From positions 1-64,000 of IMG/VR virus record IMGVR_UViG_3300025652_000043: a stretch of 64,000 nucleotides of DNA. One strand, written 5' to 3'. The stretch comes from a virus. The position numbers were made by a program, and so were the translations under genes. Positions within the stretch are counted from its first letter, which is position 1; the number at the start of each line of letters is the position of its first letter. This document shows positions 32,307 to 41,498 of this stretch, piece by piece. The notes beneath the pieces were generated by a model that made no database searches, was not told the origin of the DNA, and saw only the letters and a program-made list of their open reading frames with translations.

Positions 32307-32325
32307 GGTTTTACCCTTACTCTTT
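32298..32325. terminator. Bidirectional intrinsic terminator at the convergence of the two gene blocks
   Basis: AAAGAGTAAGG-loop-CCTTACTCTTT, 11-bp stem flanked by A and T tracts. Confidence 0.8.
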
Positions 32326-32329
32326 ATTT

Positions 32330-32587
32330 TTATGCCATATATCCATAAGTACTAAGATTCATTTCTAACATATTAAATAATTCTTTTAATATGATATTTA
32401 GTCCAATTTCTCCTTCAATGTCTAATAATTCATCTGCATAAGTGGCTTCTTGTCTATATAATTGACCATTAGTAGTTATAGATAATACTACTAAAGTTGC
32501 AAAGATGTTTTCTTGTTCAGCTTTTGCTATAGTTACATCTACTCCTCTTTCTTTTATTCTTAAAATAGTTTTAATTAAGTCTGACAT
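32330..32587 (-). CDS. Hypothetical protein
   Basis: 85-aa ORF on the coding strand. Confidence 0.65.
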   Translation of the reverse strand: MSDLIKTILRIKERGVDVTIAKAEQENIFATLVVLSITTNGQLYRQEATYADELLDIEGEIGLNIILKELFNMLEMNLSTYGYMA

Positions 32588-32665
32588 TTATTGTAAGTAT
32601 TAGAAATTAATTTTATATTTGAGTCTTGTTTATTTTTCTATAAATAATCTGCTATTATTCAATTC

Positions 32666-32698
32666 AAAAGCCCAAAAATTTGTCTTTTTTGGGCTTTT
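32666..32698. terminator. Intrinsic terminator
   Basis: AAAAGCCCAAAAA-loop-TTTTTGGGCTTTT inverted repeat. Confidence 0.75.
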
Positions 32699-32700
32699 AC

Positions 32701-32871
32701 TTATATACTAATTTCTAATTTTACACCTATCATATAATGAAAATTATTAGGTTTTAAATTGTAGGTCAATAAAATATAATCTATATAGTCAAAAGACTCT
32801 TCATCTCCTTTAGGATCTGGTGTACAAATAGTTCTACCTTCTATGTAGTCTAGTATTGTTAAGTATTTCAT
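32701..32871 (-). CDS. Small hypothetical protein (56 aa; not in ORF track)
   Basis: MKYLTILDYIEGRTICTPDPKGDEESFDYIDYILLTYNLKPNNFHYMIGVKLEISI*; ATGA overlap with the dut stop. Confidence 0.6.
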   Translation of the reverse strand: MKYLTILDYIEGRTICTPDPKGDEESFDYIDYILLTYNLKPNNFHYMIGVKLEISI

Positions 32872-33371
32872 TCTTCTCCTGTGCTACCAAATCCACCATC
32901 ACCTCTCTCAGTTATATCCAAGTTCTCCTGAACATTCCATAAAGCATGCTGAAATTTTGTTAATACTCCTTGAGCTAATCTGTCTCCTAAATTAATTTTA
33001 CAAAGAAAAGGACTATTATTAATAAGAATAAGTCCTATTTCTCCTCTGTAATCTGAATCAATTATTCCTGGAGCATTAGCAACTATTAATCCCCTTTTTA
33101 ATGTTAAGCCACTCCTAGAAACAATATTAAGGACATATCCTTCAGGGATTGCCATAGTAATGCCTGTTCCTATTAAAACTCTTTCAAACCCTCTTAAAGT
33201 GATATATCCCTCACTTGTAGATTGCTTTAATTTCTTATCTAAAGGAACTTCTTTATTTCCTTTAAATAATTTCTTAAAAGATTTAGCTCTCAAATCAAAT
33301 CCTGCTGAACCTTCACTTTCATATTGAGGAGGAAATACTCCTTCCTCACATTTAATTTTTACTTTTAACAT
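32868..33371 (-). CDS. dut: Trimeric dUTPase
   Basis: SAGFDLRA, SRSGL, GIIDSDYRGEI, RLAQ and RGDGGFGSTG (motifs I-V). Confidence 0.95.
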   Translation of the reverse strand: MLKVKIKCEEGVFPPQYESEGSAGFDLRAKSFKKLFKGNKEVPLDKKLKQSTSEGYITLRGFERVLIGTGITMAIPEGYVLNIVSRSGLTLKRGLIVANAPGIIDSDYRGEIGLILINNSPFLCKINLGDRLAQGVLTKFQHALWNVQENLDITERGDGGFGSTGEE

Positions 33372-33427
33372 ACTTTTGTTCTTTTAGTTTAATTTTACTT
33401 ATTCTGTAGGTATAAAAATACTATTTC

Positions 33428-33787
33428 CTATCCATTTAAATAAGGTTTAATTAGATTAGTTAGTTTTTGAATAGTGTCAAAAAGATGATTTAACACTTTA
33501 ATATTAGCTTCTGACTGTGGTTTCCATTCATATTTATACATATGATATCCCTCTTTACCATAAGTGTTTATGGACTTTTCTAGTGGAATTGTATCTGGAG
33601 TTATAATCATTATTGCATACACATTCTTTACAGTAAGGATTAAAGGTTTATTAATCTCTTTCATGTTTTTTATACTGTTTCCTCTAATAGATATGTATGT
33701 CTTATTAAAAGTATTATGTATTTCTAATCCTTTAGTTATTTCAGGATAAAAGAGGAATACACCCTCTTTAAAATCTGCTATCTTCAT
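33428..33787 (-). CDS. Hypothetical protein
   Basis: 119-aa ORF within the operon. Confidence 0.6.
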   Translation of the reverse strand: MKIADFKEGVFLFYPEITKGLEIHNTFNKTYISIRGNSIKNMKEINKPLILTVKNVYAIMIITPDTIPLEKSINTYGKEGYHMYKYEWKPQSEANIKVLNHLFDTIQKLTNLIKPYLNG

Positions 33788-34451
33788 TTTCTAAAATTTT
33801 AATTAATCTTTTTCTAAACCATAAACCTTTAGGTACATTGTGAACAATATTTAAGATATATTTTTTATATCTTGTTGAACTCTCTTCAAGTTTAACTATT
33901 TTTTTTCTAAGAAGTTTTATCTGATCTAAGTGTCCTGTAATTTCTTTATCTCTAATAACTAAAATTTTATTTGCTTTTTGAAGTTCTTCATTTCTAATTT
34001 GAAGCTCCTTTTTAATATCACTAAGAGTGTCTAAATCTCTTTTAGTATCTTCAGATAAAGATTTTTTAAGTTCCTTTTTAATGTCTCTGGTAACTTCATC
34101 TAAACCCTTTCTAGTTACAGTTCTATCTGTAGTAAATTCATGAGTTTTAGTTTCAAAGAAAGTGTCCAAAAAAGTATAAAAACTTTCTTTATTGTAAACA
34201 TGTTTTTCATTAGCCCTTAATCTTTGTAAAATTATATCAGGATTATGATAAGTTAATTTGGTTTCTGAAGTTCTTTTTAAAACTTCTATAGTTACCATTT
34301 TATCGTTACCTCTTAAGAGCTTTATTTTTTCATCTTTTAAAGCTAATATTTCTAAATTATAAGCTTCATTTCTTGATACTGCCTTTTCAAGTAATGAAGC
34401 TTTTTGCTCCATTAATTTATACTCAGTCATATCCATTTCTATTTTTGCCAT
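33768..34451 (-). CDS. Hypothetical coiled-coil protein
   Basis: 227-aa ORF, heptad-rich. Confidence 0.65.
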   Translation of the reverse strand: MAKIEMDMTEYKLMEQKASLLEKAVSRNEAYNLEILALKDEKIKLLRGNDKMVTIEVLKRTSETKLTYHNPDIILQRLRANEKHVYNKESFYTFLDTFFETKTHEFTTDRTVTRKGLDEVTRDIKKELKKSLSEDTKRDLDTLSDIKKELQIRNEELQKANKILVIRDKEITGHLDQIKLLRKKIVKLEESSTRYKKYILNIVHNVPKGLWFRKRLIKILENEDSRF

Positions 34452-34590
34452 TCTGTTATTCTTTTAAAATGTTATTTTTATTTTATAAAGTGTTCATTTA
34501 TTACTACTAACAGAATAATACCTATTAATATTAGTATAATATAAAATGAAACTTTAGCTTTTTGTTCGTACCTTTTTTCTTCTTTTGAGG

Positions 34591-34815
34591 TCACAATTTC
34601 TCTATTTCTTGTTTAACTTCTTCTAATTCTTCCATTCTATCAATTATAAATGACAGTTGAACTCTATCAGATTTTAATTCATCCCAAAATTTATATTCTC
34701 TATCCACACAAATCAATGCACATTTTTTAGTTCTATCAAATCTAATAATAGTTCCATCTACTTTTCTAAATGTAAACCTATCAATTAACTCTTTTGCTTC
34801 TTCTTTTGGTGTCAT
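34591..34815 (-). CDS. Hypothetical phage protein
   Basis: MTPKEEAKELID...KKCALICVD...EVKQEIEKL. The track start at 34851 lies inside a terminator, so the ATG at 34815 is preferred. Confidence 0.65.
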   Translation of the reverse strand: MTPKEEAKELIDRFTFRKVDGTIIRFDRTKKCALICVDREYKFWDELKSDRVQLSFIIDRMEELEEVKQEIEKL

Positions 34816-34830
34816 AATTTCTATTATATT

Positions 34831-34858
34831 AAAAAAGGGGTAGCTTTTCAACTACCCC
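34831..34858 (-). terminator. Intrinsic terminator after groEL
   Basis: GGGGTAG-loop-CTACCCC stem, followed by a T-tract on the minus strand. Confidence 0.75.
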
Positions 34859-34900
34859 TAAAAACATTATCTAAAATTGAAGAGTTCCTAAATCAACCAT

Positions 34901-36526
34901 TTAGAATAATGAACCACCTTGACCTTGTGGCATAGGTGGATTTTTCTCCATGAGTGTAGTAATAGTGCACTCTGTAGTTAACAGCATACCTGCTGCTGAA
35001 GCTGCATTTTCCAATGCAATTCTAGTTACCTTTACAGGGTCTATAATTCCAGCCTCTATCATATCAGCTTCATAAGAATTATTCCTTGCATTAAAACCAG
35101 AATTTTTCTTTCTTGATTTTAATACATTAGCAATAACTACAGAACCTTCTGCTCCTGCATTCTCTGCTATACATCTAATAGGGCTTTCAACAGCTTTTAG
35201 CACTAACTGTGCTCCAAGCAATAGAGTGCCTGTTAGAGGACTTAAATCAACTTTGGCTCTAGCTTGTAAATAAGCTACACCACCACCAGAAACAATACCC
35301 TCTTCTAAAGCAGCCTTAGTTGCATTTTTAGAATCTTCTACTCTGTCCATTTTCTCTTTCATTTCAGTCTCAGTAGGTGCTCCTACATAAATTACTCCTA
35401 CACCACCTTTAAGAGAAGCTATTCTTTTTTTAAAGTCATTGGTTTCATAGTCATTTTCTGCACTTACCATTAAAGATTCAATTTCTTCTACTCTAAAGTT
35501 AATAATTTCAGGTTCACCTTTACCTCCTATTAAAATAGTGTCATGAAAATCAATCCTAACAGAGTCACATTTTCCAAAATCATCAGAAGTTACTTTATTC
35601 AAGTATTTACCTCTTTCTTTTGATACAATTTTACCTCCTAAAACAGTTTGAATATCTTCTAAATAGGCTTTTCTTCTTTCTCCAAATGCAGGTGGCTTTA
35701 CTATAGCTACTTTCATTTGTCCTTCATAAGCATTAACCACTAAAGTTTCTAATGCTTGTCCTTCTACATCTCCTATAATCAACAAGGATTTTCCTTGTCC
35801 TATAGACTTATCTAAAATGTTTTTTAAAGGTGTACCAAAACTATTAAGTTTATCTTCACACATAAGTACATATACATCTTCAAGGTGTACTTCACCTTTC
35901 TTTTTGTCATTGACAAAATAAGGAGAGATGTATCCTGAACCAAATTTCATACCTTCAGCAAGGTCTACATGAGTTGTAGTATCTTTAGATTGTTCTACAG
36001 ATATAACACCTTCTTTACCTACTTTGGCATAAGCCATACCAACTAATTCTCCTATTTCTTCATCATTATTAGAAGAAATAAAAGCAATTTGATTTAGTTC
36101 TTCATCTTCATTTCCTATTTCTACTGATAGTTTTTTAAGCTCATCAATAAGAAGTTCAGCTCCAATTTTAATACCTCTCTGTACTGCTACAGGGTTATGT
36201 CCATTAGAAATTAACCTCATACCTAGCTTAATAAGGGATTGAGTAAGTACTGAAGCAGTAGTAGTTCCATCTCCTGCTTTTTCATTAGTTTTAGATGCTG
36301 CAGCTTTTACAAATTGTGCACCCATATTTTGTAATCTATTAGGGAGTACAACCTCTCTAGCTACAGAAATACCATCTTTAGTAATTCCTGGATCACCAAA
36401 AGCTCTTTCAATCATTACATTTCTACCTTGTGGTCCTAAAGTCACTTTTACTGCATTTGCTAGGGCATCAACCCCTTTTTTCAATTGCTTCTTGGCTTTT
36501 TGTCCATGTACAATTTTTTTACTCAT
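34901..36526 (-). CDS. groL: Chaperonin GroEL
   Basis: VTLGPQGRNV, ITKDGISVA, AGDGTTTA, EEGIVSGGG and GIIDPVKVTRIALENAAS. Confidence 0.97.
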   Translation of the reverse strand: MSKKIVHGQKAKKQLKKGVDALANAVKVTLGPQGRNVMIERAFGDPGITKDGISVAREVVLPNRLQNMGAQFVKAAASKTNEKAGDGTTTASVLTQSLIKLGMRLISNGHNPVAVQRGIKIGAELLIDELKKLSVEIGNEDEELNQIAFISSNNDEEIGELVGMAYAKVGKEGVISVEQSKDTTTHVDLAEGMKFGSGYISPYFVNDKKKGEVHLEDVYVLMCEDKLNSFGTPLKNILDKSIGQGKSLLIIGDVEGQALETLVVNAYEGQMKVAIVKPPAFGERRKAYLEDIQTVLGGKIVSKERGKYLNKVTSDDFGKCDSVRIDFHDTILIGGKGEPEIINFRVEEIESLMVSAENDYETNDFKKRIASLKGGVGVIYVGAPTETEMKEKMDRVEDSKNATKAALEEGIVSGGGVAYLQARAKVDLSPLTGTLLLGAQLVLKAVESPIRCIAENAGAEGSVVIANVLKSRKKNSGFNARNNSYEADMIEAGIIDPVKVTRIALENAASAAGMLLTTECTITTLMEKNPPMPQGQGGSLF

Positions 36527-36791
36527 CTTCTTTTAGTTTACAAATTAAATTATCTTCTGTTGTATGGATGTATTCTACACCCTCAATTGATACTTTAGAA
36601 AAGTCATACTGACCATATACTACTATATCTCCTATAGAGGTATTTATAACCTCTTCACCTATTCCTACTACTTTACCTGCTAACTTTACAGTATCAGGTT
36701 CAACAGTATCAGGAATGATGTAGTCCTCATTTTCAGAGGACTCATCTTCCATTTCTATGAGAATTCTTTTCCCATAAATACTTTCAATCAT
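36519..36791 (-). CDS. groS: Co-chaperonin GroES
   Basis: 90 aa; GKRILIE, IIPD, GKVVGIG..GDIVVY and IEGVEY; adjacent to groEL. Confidence 0.85.
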   Translation of the reverse strand: MIESIYGKRILIEMEDESSENEDYIIPDTVEPDTVKLAGKVVGIGEEVINTSIGDIVVYGQYDFSKVSIEGVEYIHTTEDNLICKLKEDE

Positions 36792-37389
36792 ATTTTGTTT
36801 TCTTTTTAGAATTAATAAATAATTTCAAATTAAAATACTCTTCTTCATCTTTCAAAGGAAGGTCTAATTCTCCAGTCCAATCATTATGTCCAACATTAGT
36901 TTTAAACATTTTGTTAATTTTTTCAACAAAAGGTTCAACAAGATTTGGATTTTTTAATAAAACATTTAACTCTTCTGGTCTGCTACTGAAAAGTTCAGAT
37001 GCAACTTCAGAATCATACATTTTACTATAACTACTGATTTGGAAAAATTCATAAGTTTCTTTAAATTTTTCAGGTACTTTAATGACTATCATATGTAAAT
37101 GTCCTTTGTGAATATCATCAAAAGGATAATCAAACTCATAATAAGGTTGATGTCTCATCCACTGAATAGTAGCATTAAAATTTCTTCTTGAAAATTTAGT
37201 ATCAATTAAAATGAAAATACTGTGTTCTATGAGTATGCCCATATCTATAAGGGCAAAATCTCCTATACCTAAAGCTAACTTAAATAGATTGGTGAACTTC
37301 TTTTCAAAAGTTTCACCATAATCTATCAAAGTTGAAAGTAAATATTTCTTAGTTTTATTGGTATAGATACTTCCTAACTGTATTTTCAT
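36784..37389 (-). CDS. Hypothetical protein (crAss-like conserved type)
   Basis: 201 aa; NKTKKYL and SYSKMY motifs. Confidence 0.6.
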   Translation of the reverse strand: MKIQLGSIYTNKTKKYLLSTLIDYGETFEKKFTNLFKLALGIGDFALIDMGILIEHSIFILIDTKFSRRNFNATIQWMRHQPYYEFDYPFDDIHKGHLHMIVIKVPEKFKETYEFFQISSYSKMYDSEVASELFSSRPEELNVLLKNPNLVEPFVEKINKMFKTNVGHNDWTGELDLPLKDEEEYFNLKLFINSKKKTKYD

Positions 37390-37395
37390 TTCTAT

Positions 37396-38565
37396 TTAAA
37401 TGATTAGGTCTCCATTATTTTCCATGACTACCTTATCCACTTCATATCCATTTTCCTCATGCCATTTATATAGCTCAAGAGCATATTCAAAACCTATAAT
37501 AGGTTTATACTTAATAGGATGAAAAGGAGAATGAATTTGTCCTTTTTCTAAATCTGCTCTACTATGTGAAATTAAATATATTTCTGGTCTTCCATATTTA
37601 CCTAAATCTAATTGTTCTTCAGATAGTGTAAACATTAGAGGTGACCCTTGAAAATATTGTGTTTCACCTGTCAACTTATTAGTTTTATACTTAGTAGTTT
37701 CAACCATAAACTTAAAAGGTAGTATTTCAAATTCTTCATTTACTATTTCTTTTAATTCTATGAGTGTTTCCACATTTTCAGGGTTACTTAACAATGCATT
37801 AAGACCTTCTGTATAAAAAGAACCTTGGAAATTATATCCAAATTTCTTAACTGCATCAGGGAATTCAACTGGAAATCCTGATGTTGTTTTAAGGTCAATT
37901 GGTAATATAGTTTCATTTAGAGTATCAACAATAACTATATCCAATAAAACTTTACATTCTACATCATCGTAGGTAAAGTATATTGGAACTTGAAAGAAGA
38001 AATTAACACCTAATGTACCTACTGTTTTAAGGTATTTACTGGTATACTTATTAGTTTCTAAAGACATAATAATATTACTTATGATATTTGATTCTACATC
38101 AGACAAAATCTGCTTTCCAAAAGCTAATTTTAAATCTTCAAAATAATCAAATCCCATTTCTGCAATTTTATTAATCCTAGTTTCTTCTTTCCATCTTGTC
38201 TGGTATTTATGGTCATCTGCAGAAGCTAGTATTGCATCAGACCAACTATGTAGAGTTCCCACATCAATTGAACCTGAAACTTCAACAGCATGATCAAATA
38301 CTTGATTAATCATACTCATAACTGTATCAGAGGGTTTTATAATTCTAGACACATGATATTGCTCATTAAAAGCTTCCTTTCCTTGAGTTATCTGATAATC
38401 CACTGCTGAACCTATTACTAGATGTCCTTTTTCTTCATAGTACATCTCTTGTTCAGTCTTTGCTAGAAAAGCTATTCCTCTTCTTAAATTCTTTAAATAA
38501 GAATTAGATGCTGCTTTTCTTTCAAAATAATCTATTACTTCTTCTTGTTTTCCTAATCTATACAT
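37396..38565 (-). CDS. PD-(D/E)XK nuclease (RecE/exonuclease VIII-like)
   Basis: SNSYLK, IGSAVD, CKVLLDIV...PIDLKTT and YNFQGSFY. Confidence 0.75.
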   Translation of the reverse strand: MYRLGKQEEVIDYFERKAASNSYLKNLRRGIAFLAKTEQEMYYEEKGHLVIGSAVDYQITQGKEAFNEQYHVSRIIKPSDTVMSMINQVFDHAVEVSGSIDVGTLHSWSDAILASADDHKYQTRWKEETRINKIAEMGFDYFEDLKLAFGKQILSDVESNIISNIIMSLETNKYTSKYLKTVGTLGVNFFFQVPIYFTYDDVECKVLLDIVIVDTLNETILPIDLKTTSGFPVEFPDAVKKFGYNFQGSFYTEGLNALLSNPENVETLIELKEIVNEEFEILPFKFMVETTKYKTNKLTGETQYFQGSPLMFTLSEEQLDLGKYGRPEIYLISHSRADLEKGQIHSPFHPIKYKPIIGFEYALELYKWHEENGYEVDKVVMENNGDLII

Positions 38566-38993
38566 AAATCTGCTAGTTTTAAAAGTTCTTTAAAATCATT
38601 TAAAGTCATACTGACTATTTCATCAAATTCATTTCTTTTTCTTCCTCTACCAGTATCCTTTTTATGAATTAGAATATTCATATTCTTTAATTCAGGATAA
38701 TGTGATGGAAAATTCTTCTTTACTTCTTCTTTAATTTTAGCCAACTCTTTGCTAACTATAAGACCTCTCTGTTTTCCAGCTTTAATCTGAATATTAAATG
38801 GTTCAGTAAAACATAAATCTATGCCTGAATCATCATGCAGCCTACTAGCTGCTCTTGAGGTTTTACATTTTTCAAATGCTGGTCCTAGTGCCCGAAACAA
38901 AGCAGCATAGTGCCTTTCAGCATCATGCCCCTTTGTTCTATTCCTACTGCCTTGTGATCTAACTTTTCTCACAGGCTTATTCTCTTCTGCCAT
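38553..38993 (-). CDS. Holliday junction resolvase-like PD-(D/E)XK endonuclease
   Basis: NRTKGHDAER, SRLHDDSGIDL and NIQIK motifs. Confidence 0.7.
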   Translation of the reverse strand: MAEENKPVRKVRSQGSRNRTKGHDAERHYAALFRALGPAFEKCKTSRAASRLHDDSGIDLCFTEPFNIQIKAGKQRGLIVSKELAKIKEEVKKNFPSHYPELKNMNILIHKKDTGRGRKRNEFDEIVSMTLNDFKELLKLADLCID

Positions 38994-39659
38994 TTATATT
39001 GCCTTATTAAAAGCAAATAAATACTCTTTCATTTCTGTAATAGACTTAAATTTAAGCCTTTTCAAGTTACTCTTAAAGCACCTATTCACTATATTATTAG
39101 TAATAATAACATCTACACCTTTATTAGAGTGAGGTAAAATTATCTCTCTATAAAATTTATTGTAAATGGTTTTGTATTGTGCAGAGGTACAAAATTTATT
39201 TGACACAAGAATTGCAAATTTAGAATAGTCTAAGGGTCTACCTTCCCTATCTTCTTCATGCATTTGCTTTGTATATTCAGTCTTAACAACAACAGAAAAT
39301 AATATTTCTATATCTTCTTCAATTTTTCTAAAAAGAATACCTTTCATTGCAAACAATGGCTCTTCCATTGATTTAGTTTTGAAAGCATTAGGAACAGAAT
39401 TTAAGTCTAAAAATTTATAAAGTAATTTATAACCTTTAGCTACATTCTGTCCAGGAAGATAGTTTGGAACTCCATAATGAATTATTTTACCACTGTAGAT
39501 ACCCATATTTATAGTGGATGCCGTAATAGGTATATATTCATTATCAGAGGAAATTCCAACAGCATTGCTATAAAACTCCACTGCTTCTCCTGCTCTTTCT
39601 TGTCTTTTTTTTAAATTAGAAAAATATTTGTCTCTTTTTAATGTTATTAAGTCTATCAT
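38994..39659 (-). CDS. Hypothetical protein, translationally coupled downstream of E1
   Basis: 221 aa; ATGA overlap with the E1 stop. Confidence 0.65.
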   Translation of the reverse strand: MIDLITLKRDKYFSNLKKRQERAGEAVEFYSNAVGISSDNEYIPITASTINMGIYSGKIIHYGVPNYLPGQNVAKGYKLLYKFLDLNSVPNAFKTKSMEEPLFAMKGILFRKIEEDIEILFSVVVKTEYTKQMHEEDREGRPLDYSKFAILVSNKFCTSAQYKTIYNKFYREIILPHSNKGVDVIITNNIVNRCFKSNLKRLKFKSITEMKEYLFAFNKAI

Positions 39660-40330
39660 GATGTCAAATTTATTGGTATAAAATACTCATGATAAAATGG
39701 AACTTGTCTTACTACACTACCTACTTTAATATTAGTCATATGATTGGTAAAAAATCCAACCATTAGACTAGCTATCATAGTAGCTGAGTGAGAAGTCTGT
39801 TTCATAGTACAATTTTCTTCTTCTACCTCTGAATCATCAAATAAATGTTCATCAAAATATTCTCTAGCATTAGTAGGAGTGACACAAAAAATCTGCATTT
39901 GCTCCATTAATAGTCTACCGTCTATTAATATTGCATTAGGATTTTCACTGTTATCTCTCCACCATACCTCAAACATTTCTTTTCTAGCTTTCATATTATC
40001 AAAAGCTGCAAACATGTATTCATGTCCCATTGACTCTAAAGTGAATGGTTCATTAAATATTGTGATATAGCTGTCAGAGTACTCTAACACAATATTTTTC
40101 AAAGCCTCAACTTTGTCTAGTCCTATATGTTTTTTTCCAAATAATTGTCCACCTAAATTGTGCTGTTCAATTATATCAAAATCATATACAACAGGACTAA
40201 ACCCTGCTCTGGCTAATAAGAAAGTTAACCAACTTCCTATTCCTCCTGCACCACCAATTAAGGTATTAATTTCCTCTTCAGGAAACCATGGTGCATCTTT
40301 AAATCTACTTCTTATTTCTGTCTTATTCAT
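39656..40330 (-). CDS. E1-like ubiquitin-activating enzyme (ThiF/MoeB superfamily)
   Basis: IGGAGGIGS nucleotide-binding loop, YDFDIIEQHNLGGQ, K..ALK, FDNMKAR, IDGRL; candidate catalytic Cys in ENCTMKQT. Confidence 0.88.
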   Translation of the reverse strand: MNKTEIRSRFKDAPWFPEEEINTLIGGAGGIGSWLTFLLARAGFSPVVYDFDIIEQHNLGGQLFGKKHIGLDKVEALKNIVLEYSDSYITIFNEPFTLESMGHEYMFAAFDNMKARKEMFEVWWRDNSENPNAILIDGRLLMEQMQIFCVTPTNAREYFDEHLFDDSEVEEENCTMKQTSHSATMIASLMVGFFTNHMTNIKVGSVVRQVPFYHEYFIPINLTS

Positions 40331-41498
40331 GTACTGCTAATTTTGTAAGCATTGCTTCTAAAGACATTTTAAGTGGTGCACATATTGGATACACACCCTC
40401 AAAATCCTCTAATATTGCCATTACTCCTATTGTTGTATCAATAAAAACTTCTGTGTTAATCTCTCCAAATACATCCCAAAACTTTTCAAATAGTGCTGGA
40501 TACATTATTAGAACTTTATTAATATATTCTTCTGAATGTACCATGCCTAAAGTATTTTCAAGTGTATCCTCTAAATCTTCTCTATCATTTATAGGAAGAT
40601 TACCTAGATTTATTACATTTTGTAAAAAACTTTCCATTCTTTTTTCTTTAATTTGTACATCAGGTGTCATGGAAAAAGAGTTGTTCCACATATCAGCATC
40701 TAAATCTTCCATTTCTTTATCCATCATAGCATCATTAGATCTAAACCCATTAAAATTACCTGGACTTACATAAGGATTTACTTTTGAAAATGGATTTAAA
40801 AGCTTTTGACTTTCAAATTGTTTTACATTTTTTTTAAAAACTTTTTGCTTTAAATTAGAAGCATTAATAATCTCTAAAGTTCTATCAGCAAAATCTTTAG
40901 GAACTTTAACAAATGTCTTAGGTTCACTAATTTTACAATCAAAATGAAACATAACTTGTCTTTCTTTTTTCAAAGTTAAATCCCATGGTTGTCCTGCTTC
41001 ATCTTTACATTCATAAGCTTTTATAGTACCTCTAAAAGCAACTTTTGCTACTTTCTCTCCTCTATTATTCACTACTAATGATAGATAATAATTGTGAAAT
41101 TCAGTATTATCATCTAATTCATCCATATCAGTTCCAGAAAAATAACTTTTCATATTATGATGGGAGTGAATCATTCCAATTTTCCAAGCTAAAGTTTCAG
41201 GATTATCCATTCTATATGAAATAAAATTTTCTCCTAATTCATATCCTGTTGCACCTGTAGTACCTTTATCCATAGGGTATACATCTTGTACAACAAGTTT
41301 CATCTTACTAAAATTGGTTATACTACCCTCTACAGTATAAAATAAAACTCCTGACCATTCTACTTTATTAATTTTCTGGCATAAATAGTCTATTTTTTCT
41401 TGTACTTTCTTTGGTATTTTCAATGGTATCAAGTTGTTCAATAATATATCTTCTAATTCTACTTTTTTGAATTTTTGATTCAATTCTTTTTGTGACAT
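40323..41498 (-). CDS. JAB/MPN+ (JAMM) metallopeptidase
   Basis: Catalytic Glu in KVEWSG plus IHSHHNMKSYFSGTD (HxH-x7-S-x2-D JAMM motif). Confidence 0.88.
   Translation of the reverse strand: MSQKELNQKFKKVELEDILLNNLIPLKIPKKVQEKIDYLCQKINKVEWSGVLFYTVEGSITNFSKMKLVVQDVYPMDKGTTGATGYELGENFISYRMDNPETLAWKIGMIHSHHNMKSYFSGTDMDELDDNTEFHNYYLSLVVNNRGEKVAKVAFRGTIKAYECKDEAGQPWDLTLKKERQVMFHFDCKISEPKTFVKVPKDFADRTLEIINASNLKQKVFKKNVKQFESQKLLNPFSKVNPYVSPGNFNGFRSNDAMMDKEMEDLDADMWNNSFSMTPDVQIKEKRMESFLQNVINLGNLPINDREDLEDTLENTLGMVHSEEYINKVLIMYPALFEKFWDVFGEINTEVFIDTTIGVMAILEDFEGVYPICAPLKMSLEAMLTKLAVHE

Noticed and set aside
39656-40330. ThiF/MoeB as a thiamine or molybdopterin auxiliary metabolic gene
   Set aside because: No ThiS/MoaD partner or pathway genes, lacks the Zn-binding CxxC pairs, and its neighbours are JAB, E2-like and Ubl genes.
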